Below, one piece after another: positions 8,671 through 14,673 of a stretch of 18,736 nt of DNA. This DNA is from Candidatus Iainarchaeum sp. (GTDB lineage: Archaea; Iainarchaeota; Iainarchaeia; Iainarchaeales; Iainarchaeaceae): assembly GCA_043812975.1 (NCBI GenBank), contig JBDRLP010000002.1:1-18736 (forward strand), given 5' to 3'. Every line of letters starts with the position of its first letter. Position 1 is the first letter of the stretch. The position numbers and the translations under genes are program-made. The notes under the pieces were generated by a model, which made no database searches, was not told the DNA's origin, and was given only the letters and a program-made list of their open reading frames with translations.

Positions 8671-9066
8671 ATGAAAATCGCATTAGCCTCATCTAAGAAA
8701 TCAATTGTGGAAATAATCCCTTTAATTAGCAAAATCCTGAGTGTTCAGATAAAAGGTGTTCAGGTTAAGGAAATCATTGCTGATAATAATCTTGATCTTG
8801 TAAACGAAGTTTCTCAGTTAGAAAATTTTGATTTGGTTGCGGTTATACTTTTTTATGAACAGGATTCTTCAGATGTAAAGATTTTGATGGAAAAACTTGT
8901 GAATTTTGATTTATCTGGAAAAAGAATTATGAAGTTTTTTGAAAAAGGAGAGGACTTTTCTGAGGAAGAAGAGTCCCAGAGAATTGCAGGGGAAATCTTG
9001 GAAAAATTATTCGGAAAAAAAGAAACTCCTGTTGATGACAACTATGGAAGCTTTACAACGCTTTAA
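8671..9066 (+). CDS. Hypothetical protein, possible degenerate lumazine synthase / archaeal riboflavin synthase (RibC) fold
   Basis: 131-aa ORF with upstream TATA and alternating beta/alpha pattern; spaced residues (MKIAL, DL, FDLVAV, L-SGKRI-FF, LF) line up by eye with archaeal RibC. Confidence 0.5.
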   Translation: MKIALASSKKSIVEIIPLISKILSVQIKGVQVKEIIADNNLDLVNEVSQLENFDLVAVILFYEQDSSDVKILMEKLVNFDLSGKRIMKFFEKGEDFSEEEESQRIAGEILEKLFGKKETPVDDNYGSFTTL

Positions 9067-10211
9067 TTTTTTTTCTTTGATTTCTTTTTAGTTTTTTTCT
9101 TTTCTGGTTTTGAAAGATTTTTCTTAATGTGCTCGTGCTTTTTAAGTGCCTTGTTAACCAGTTCGAGCTTATCAACATCATCTTCCAGAGAAACTAGTTT
9201 TTTTTCTTTTCTGGAAATGGTTTCCTGGAAATGATTTATAAGTTTGTTTTTTTCTTTCAGTTCTTCTTTCAGTTCTTTTACTTCTTTTTCATATTTTTCT
9301 TCCAGAGAATTCTTTAAGTTGATTTTTTCTTCCTGCAATCCTAATAATTCTTTTGAATAAGTATTCCTCAGTTGGATAGTGTCCTGTTCTATTTCAATCA
9401 AAACTTTTTTTACATAATCCCTTTCTTTTTTGAGTATTGTTATTAGTTCAAATGTTTTTCCCGTGATTTGCGCTTCTGTTTCTTCAACTGAATTAATTCT
9501 TGATTCTGTTTCCTGCATTTTTCTCTGATAGTTTTCAAAATAATCCCGCATGTCCTCAAATGCTTTCTTCATCAATGCTGTTTTGCCCTCTAAACTTCTG
9601 GATAATTGATTTAGTTCCGCTTCTGTTTCTATTGAGGATTCTTTCTCAATTAAACCTAAAAAAGAATTTTTTCTTGTTTCCTCGTATTTTTTTCTTAAAT
9701 CCGCGAGTTCATCTTCACGTTTTTCAAGTATTTCAAGAACGTTTCTCTGTGCTCCTTTTGTTCTCATTATAGGTTCGTGTTTTCTTTCAAAAACCCTGAT
9801 TCTTTCAACAAGGTAATTGCTTTTCAGAAGTATTCCTAAAGTTTTTTGTTCCAAATCAGAGTAAAGTTCAGGAACAGTTATTGTGTCAGCCATTTGATGA
9901 ATGTTCTGCATTTTTGCTTTTTCAATTCTAATGTGTTCCATTTCCTTGTTTCGCTTCAGCACGGTTATAAGCTGGTTTAATTCTTTCAAATGAGCTCCGA
10001 CATCAAATCTGTTTGCTTCTGCTTTTTTTTCGATTTCAGTTCTTGCAAACTGAAAAAGAGAATACAGTTCCTCCAATCCCGGAATCACTGTTTCTAAATT
10101 ATAAATAAATGCCCTTCTTGAAAAAGCAGCCCATGGTTTTCCACTGGCTTTTTGCCTTATGTCAGTTATTTCATCTTCGATTTTTTCTACAATTTCCTTT
10201 AAACTATGCAT
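9063..10211 (-). CDS. Hypothetical long coiled-coil protein
   Basis: 382 aa, E/K/L-rich with heptad character over the C-terminal ~210 aa and a Lys-rich end; ATAAATA 22-28 nt upstream; stop overlaps the convergent gene's stop. Confidence 0.8.
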   Translation of the reverse strand: MHSLKEIVEKIEDEITDIRQKASGKPWAAFSRRAFIYNLETVIPGLEELYSLFQFARTEIEKKAEANRFDVGAHLKELNQLITVLKRNKEMEHIRIEKAKMQNIHQMADTITVPELYSDLEQKTLGILLKSNYLVERIRVFERKHEPIMRTKGAQRNVLEILEKREDELADLRKKYEETRKNSFLGLIEKESSIETEAELNQLSRSLEGKTALMKKAFEDMRDYFENYQRKMQETESRINSVEETEAQITGKTFELITILKKERDYVKKVLIEIEQDTIQLRNTYSKELLGLQEEKINLKNSLEEKYEKEVKELKEELKEKNKLINHFQETISRKEKKLVSLEDDVDKLELVNKALKKHEHIKKNLSKPEKKKTKKKSKKKN

Positions 10212-10248
10212 GATAATCTTACAGTTTTCTCCTATTTATTAGTAGCTT

Positions 10249-11271
10249 TTAGGGGTATTTTGTTTTGCCTGTATTTACAATCAGGATTTTTTTGTTCTTT
10301 GGAACCTTGTTTTTCATCTGTAAAAGCAATGCCAAACCGGCTATTCCTGACGGTTCGCAGTTAATGTTTTGTGATTCAGCTATATCAATTGCCTTGTCAA
10401 GGTAGTTTTCTTTAATAAGGTGTACATTACTTTCCGGACCGCAAAATCCTGCGTATTTGTAAAGCCTTATCCACTGCTCATCAAAGTGCACAAAAGGAAG
10501 GTGCGGCGAGTAAAGCTTGTCCGCTTTTGATTTTGGATTGTTTGTTGTTGCACCAAGGAAATTGCATCTTTTTAGTTTCTCGAGATTTCCTTTAAAGCGC
10601 GGATCGTGCTTTTCTGTTGAAACCTCTTTCTTATTAATGTTCAGAATGTTTTCATACAAGTTTCCCGTGCCGAACGGTATGAAACAATAATCAGGGGAAC
10701 TGTTCAGTATTTCGTAGCTCATCCAGTCATAAAATCTTGTTGTGGGGTCAAGAGCTTCTGATGAAGTAATGTCAAGTCCGTTAGGGTTGTGAGTTAATGC
10801 CAGAATTTCTTTCCAGTTGAATGGTTTTTTTGAGAGTTCTGTGTGAAAAATTTCACAGCCTAATTTTTTCATTGCTTTTTCAATTTCACAGCCAATATTT
10901 GCGTCTGTCAATATTTTTAGATTTGGCAGTTTGTATTTTTTTAGTTGTGTCTGTATTGCAATTGCGGCAGAACCAGAGCTTATGATTGACATTTTTGGTA
11001 ATGCTCCTTTGATTTGGTTTCTTTTTTTTGAAAGGAGAAAATCTCTGTAAGTGACAACCATTTCCCATGCCATTCTATCCTTATGAGTTCCTGTGGGGTT
11101 AATGCTTTCATCCTTCAGCCAGATATTTGAAAAACCAGATACTTTTATTTTGTAAGTTGGTGTTGCCGGAAACTTTGGCTTATCTGCCGGAAACTCAGGA
11201 TTGTCAGGGTCGTTCTCAGATGCAATTACAATTGATTTCAGTATTTTCTCCTCTTTTTTTGATAAGCCCAT
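10249..11271 (-). CDS. PLP-dependent enzyme, fold type II (threonine synthase / TrpB superfamily), substrate unknown
   Basis: TP...WLKDESINPTGTHKDR (PLP lysine), SSGS, PFGTGNL phosphate loop, CEPSGIAGLA, IVNTG. Confidence 0.88.
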   Translation of the reverse strand: MGLSKKEEKILKSIVIASENDPDNPEFPADKPKFPATPTYKIKVSGFSNIWLKDESINPTGTHKDRMAWEMVVTYRDFLLSKKRNQIKGALPKMSIISSGSAAIAIQTQLKKYKLPNLKILTDANIGCEIEKAMKKLGCEIFHTELSKKPFNWKEILALTHNPNGLDITSSEALDPTTRFYDWMSYEILNSSPDYCFIPFGTGNLYENILNINKKEVSTEKHDPRFKGNLEKLKRCNFLGATTNNPKSKADKLYSPHLPFVHFDEQWIRLYKYAGFCGPESNVHLIKENYLDKAIDIAESQNINCEPSGIAGLALLLQMKNKVPKNKKILIVNTGKTKYP

Positions 11272-11303
11272 AATAATACCTTCATTTAAAAAAATTTAAA
11301 TTT

Positions 11304-12038
11304 TCATGCTTTTGCAGTTTTCCACAGTATCTGGAAATATTTTTCATAAGAATCAGCAAGTTCCTTATTGTGGATTAATATCCCGATTGGTTTTTCAATC
11401 CAGAGAAGAATCCCGATTTTATCATTTCTTATTATTGTTTCGCTTAAAGGTTCAAAACCATGTCCATGGAACTTTATTGTTGCATGAGGATACTGGCCTG
11501 TTTCTCTGATTTTTTTAATCCATTTTCTTAGTGATTCATTGAAAAGTAGCTTTGCAGAAATTTCTTTTTCTGCTCTTCTTTGGTGATAATCAATCCAGAA
11601 TGTGTCCCCCATCATAACTGATTCAGCAGGGGAACCAATAGTGTGGTGGGTTTTTCCTCCTGCTTCTAAAAGTTCATGGAGTATCTCTCTCATGCCTTTT
11701 ACTCCTCTGAAAGTCATTACTTCCGGCTTTTCCTGTGATGCTCCTTGTTTTGCCAGTAACTCAGGAAGGATTTTTCGTAAATTTTCTTTTTTTTGTTCAA
11801 TATACTCAAGAATATGTTTCGGGTTTGCAGGTTGATACCTGTTTCTTTTTCCTTCTTTGAAATATGAGACAAGTCCTTTGTCAATTAGTTTGTTTAGAGT
11901 CATATGCACGACAGAATTGTGTAAATTTGTTTTGTCAAGGATAGGTCCTGCGGTTGATGTGCCTAATTCAAGCAATGCTATGTAAACTTTAATTTCAGCA
12001 TTAGTAAGACCCACATCTTCCAGAATGGATGTATCCAT
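11304..12038 (-). CDS. TrmB-family transcriptional regulator
   Basis: N-terminal wHTH LEDVGLTNAEIKVYIALLELG...LNKLIDKGLVS; C-terminal effector domain ending IHNKELADSYEKYFQILWKTAK; TTTAAAT 23-29 nt upstream. Confidence 0.92.
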   Translation of the reverse strand: MDTSILEDVGLTNAEIKVYIALLELGTSTAGPILDKTNLHNSVVHMTLNKLIDKGLVSYFKEGKRNRYQPANPKHILEYIEQKKENLRKILPELLAKQGASQEKPEVMTFRGVKGMREILHELLEAGGKTHHTIGSPAESVMMGDTFWIDYHQRRAEKEISAKLLFNESLRKWIKKIRETGQYPHATIKFHGHGFEPLSETIIRNDKIGILLWIEKPIGILIHNKELADSYEKYFQILWKTAKA

Positions 12039-12107
12039 AGTATACTTGTGCTATTGGACAATTTAAACCTATTGTTTTATCCTCCTTTTTTGGAGAATAA
12101 GTGTATA

Positions 12108-12164
12108 TCTATCGCTTCTGCCCCAAGTTTAGTAGGTCCAGTCATCTGGGCAGGAGGCGATAGA
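12108..12164 (+). promoter_or_regulatory. GC-rich stem-loop sequestering the Shine-Dalgarno site of the downstream zinc-finger ORF (putative cis-regulatory RNA or small ncRNA)
   Basis: 5' arm TCTATCGCTTCTGCCC (12108-12123) pairs with GGGCAGGAGGCGATAGA (12148-12164): about 16 bp with one G-U and one bulge, 24-nt loop. The 3' arm contains GGAGG and ends on the base before ATG 12165. Confidence 0.65.
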
Positions 12165-12308
12165 ATGTTGGTATGTTCGTTTTGCGGAGAAAAGTTCGAA
12201 AGAAACCTTGGTGCTGATGCACAAAAACATTTGAGTCACCATGCAGGAATTTACTGCAAATTAATTAAAGTGGATAACAATCTGGGGAATTCAATAAAAT
12301 ACAGTTAA
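12165..12308 (+). CDS. Small C2H2-type zinc-finger protein (47 aa)
   Basis: MLVCSFCGEKFERNLGADAQKHLSHHAGIYC...: CxxC-x3-F-x10-HxxxH; GGAGG SD at 12153-12157. The real start is likely this ATG rather than the GTG at 12048 used in the ORF track. Confidence 0.7.
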   Translation: MLVCSFCGEKFERNLGADAQKHLSHHAGIYCKLIKVDNNLGNSIKYS

Positions 12309-12318
12309 TGGTGAAAAA

Positions 12319-12675
12319 ATGTTACTGGAAGTTTTAGCACATTTGGTAAGCTTTGATGTCACTTGGTTTATACCTTTTATAATGAATAATTTAATCTGGG
12401 TATTTTTCCTTGCGACTCTGGCTCATTTTATTTATGAAAAAAATCTTTTGTTTGGAACAATATTTGTTTCAATTTACCTTTATGCTACTTTTGATTTTGC
12501 AAATGTTTTCGGATGGGTTTTCCAAAAAGGTTTTTTTTGGGCTCCGTTACTCGTATTTCTTGCTTTAACAGTTTATGATGTATTTTTCAAAAATAGTCTG
12601 CAGTTTTTAAGAAGACCAATATTTGCAGGCGGAATATTTTACTCAGCATTATTTTTCATAAATGTGGTGATGTGA
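12319..12675 (+). CDS. Hypothetical integral membrane protein (118 aa, about 4 TM)
   Basis: GGTGA SD at 12310-12314; almost entirely hydrophobic and Phe-rich. Confidence 0.8.
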   Translation: MLLEVLAHLVSFDVTWFIPFIMNNLIWVFFLATLAHFIYEKNLLFGTIFVSIYLYATFDFANVFGWVFQKGFFWAPLLVFLALTVYDVFFKNSLQFLRRPIFAGGIFYSALFFINVVM

Positions 12676-12822
12676 ATGATTTTCCGAAGTTTTTTACATG
12701 CAATTTTCATTTCTTTAGTAGTTTTTGTTATTTTGTTAATTATTGGTTTTGAAGGTTCTTTTTTTGGCTCAATTGTTGTTTTTTTAATGGCTTTTTTGGA
12801 GCTTTTTGGAGCAAGATGGTAG
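12676..12822 (+). CDS. Small hydrophobic 2-TM protein (48 aa)
   Basis: Below the ORF-track cutoff. MIFRSFLHAIFISLVVFVILLIIGFEGSFFGSIVVFLMAFLELFGARW; GGTGA SD at 12666-12670; ATG immediately follows the previous TGA and the ORF fills the gap to the next promoter. Confidence 0.7.
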   Translation: MIFRSFLHAIFISLVVFVILLIIGFEGSFFGSIVVFLMAFLELFGARW

Positions 12823-12853
12823 GAATAAATACTCCTTAAAACTTACTTTACTG

Positions 12854-13840
12854 ATGCAGGTTCTTGAGAAGAAAGGTATTCTATTTAAGGATAAAACAGA
12901 GTTGTTTGTGGATGCGCGTGGCATTAGAAATAAAGAAGCCTTAATCACGCATGCTCATAGCGATCATGCAAAAACTTCCTTAACCAATACGTATTGTATG
13001 ACTCCTGAAACAGCTTCTCTTATTGATGCTAAAAACAAAAAATGCGGAATCAAAGAAATTCCATTCAAAAAGAAATTCAATATAAAGGAGTTTGAATGTT
13101 CATTCCACCCAAATGGCCATATTCTTGGTTCTGCACAATTAAAAGTTTCAAATGAAATTGATGCTGTTCTTACTTCTGATTTCAAATTGCAAAAAAGTAT
13201 TTTGTTTGATGGTGCTGAAATCCTCCCTTCGGAAATTCTTGTAATAGAATCAACTTTCGGAATTCCTGAATATAGTTTTCCTAAGAGAGAGGATGTTTAT
13301 GAGGATATGATTAAGTGGATGCATTCGCACTTAAACAAAAATAATTTCATTGTTCTTGGGGGTTACTCTACAGGAAAAGCGCAGGAACTCACAAAAATTG
13401 TGAATGAATTTTTGGGTGAAACTCCTCTGGTTCACAAAAAAATTTTTGAGCAAAATAAGGTTTATGAAAATGAAGGAGTAAAACTCGGGAATTATCTGGA
13501 GTTAAACCACAACCTGAACGATGCAAATATTCTCATTATGCCTCCTCATCTGATTAATGATGATTTGTTGTTTGCATTGCAGCACCAGATAAAAAGAAGA
13601 GTTGAGCCTGCTATAGCAACCGGCTGGAAAAACCATTCAAAATACAAAACATTCCCTGTTTCTGATCATTCTGATTTTAACGGCCTAATAGAATATGTGA
13701 AACAAAGTGAACCTAAATTAGTTTTAACAACTCACGGGTATGAAAGAGAATTTGCCTCTTATGTTCAGCGAAGATTAAAAATTCCTGCAAAACCTTTAAG
13801 CGAATCAAGACAGATGATTTTACAGGAGTTTAATGTATGA
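12854..13840 (+). CDS. Metallo-beta-lactamase / beta-CASP family nuclease (COG1236-like)
   Basis: ITHAHSDH, GHILGSAQ, SDF, IESTFG, YSTGKAQE, SDHSD, THG. Start moved from TTG 12806 to ATG 12854 (ATAAATA 23-29 nt upstream; avoids overlap with the 48-aa ORF). Confidence 0.92.
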   Translation: MQVLEKKGILFKDKTELFVDARGIRNKEALITHAHSDHAKTSLTNTYCMTPETASLIDAKNKKCGIKEIPFKKKFNIKEFECSFHPNGHILGSAQLKVSNEIDAVLTSDFKLQKSILFDGAEILPSEILVIESTFGIPEYSFPKREDVYEDMIKWMHSHLNKNNFIVLGGYSTGKAQELTKIVNEFLGETPLVHKKIFEQNKVYENEGVKLGNYLELNHNLNDANILIMPPHLINDDLLFALQHQIKRRVEPAIATGWKNHSKYKTFPVSDHSDFNGLIEYVKQSEPKLVLTTHGYEREFASYVQRRLKIPAKPLSESRQMILQEFNV

Positions 13841-14649
13841 ACCTAAATTCTTTGTTAAAAATAAAAAATTTCTTGATGAAAATAAAAGCATCCATTGCAT
13901 TATTCGCAGTTTTAATTTTAACGTATTTTTTTCTTTCAAACGGTAATGTTTTTATTCCGCTTCCAAAGATTTTTTCATTATCTTTTTCAATGAGTTCTTT
14001 GGAAAATATTTTTTCATTTATTTTTGTTCACGAAAATCTTTATCACTTACTTGCAAATGCGTTAACCGTGCTTGGTTATGCTGTTCTGGTTGAACTTTCT
14101 TTAGGTGCACTTGATGTAATTGCTATTTTTATTTTTTCAACAATTATTTCTGCTTTGCTTTTTGCTTTTGTCAATCCAAGCGTTGGATTAATCGGTTCTT
14201 CTATTGGGATGAGCGGATTAGCCGCGGTTTCACTGATTATTGATCCGAAAAGAGCAGTTGTTTTAACAATGGGGTTATTTTTGATTTTATTTTTTATTAC
14301 TCCTTTAATTTTTTCTTCAATAGATTCTGAGGGGCAAAATATTAAGGATGAAAAACTTGTTGTTGAACAACAGATTCAGGAAGCTATAAATCAAGGTGAT
14401 GTTGAACAGCAAAAAGTGTTGGTTGAAAAAAGGTTTGAGATTCAGCAAAAACAAGAGGAATTTGATTTATCCAAAGAATTTTCTAAGAAAACTCCTATAA
14501 ATAACGAAATTCATGCTTTTGGGGCGTTTTTTGGAATGCTTTATTTAATATTGTTCAGGCGAAAAAAGTTTAATAAATCTGTGAGAAATATTTTTCATCC
14601 TAATTTTATTGACTTTGATAAGCATGGTTTGTTCTCTGAAAAGAAATAA
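13837..14649 (+). CDS. Rhomboid-family intramembrane serine protease with soluble insertion
   Basis: FVHENLYHLLAN (HxxxxHxxxN), IGSSIG (GxS, Ser122), HAFGAFFG (HxxGxxxG, His226), about 6 TM; ATGA overlap with the nuclease stop. Confidence 0.88.
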   Translation: MNLNSLLKIKNFLMKIKASIALFAVLILTYFFLSNGNVFIPLPKIFSLSFSMSSLENIFSFIFVHENLYHLLANALTVLGYAVLVELSLGALDVIAIFIFSTIISALLFAFVNPSVGLIGSSIGMSGLAAVSLIIDPKRAVVLTMGLFLILFFITPLIFSSIDSEGQNIKDEKLVVEQQIQEAINQGDVEQQKVLVEKRFEIQQKQEEFDLSKEFSKKTPINNEIHAFGAFFGMLYLILFRRKKFNKSVRNIFHPNFIDFDKHGLFSEKK

Positions 14650-14673
14650 TAATGAGCGATTCCTTATTATTTA

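Noticed and set aside
12120..12151. GCCCCAAGTTTAGTAGGTCCAGTCATCTGGGC loosely resembles the 5' half (acceptor plus D arm) of archaeal tRNA-Asp/Glu, raising the idea of a split tRNA or tRNA relic
   Set aside because: No U8, the D stem does not pair properly, there is no anticodon loop and no 3' half in the window; the long hairpin explains the sequence better.
12108..12164. Hairpin as a C/D or H/ACA guide RNA or fluoride riboswitch (minus strand has AGATGA in the loop and ACA shortly after the stem; fibrillarin and Nop5 are nearby)
   Set aside because: No CTGA D box, no bipartite pseudouridylation pocket or clear K-turn, and the fluoride-riboswitch pseudoknot cannot be formed.
12048..12164. 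N-terminal 39 codons of the 86-aa ORF in the track (GTG start)
   Set aside because: They overlap the trmB promoter and lack an SD; ATG 12165 has GGAGG and begins directly with the zinc finger.
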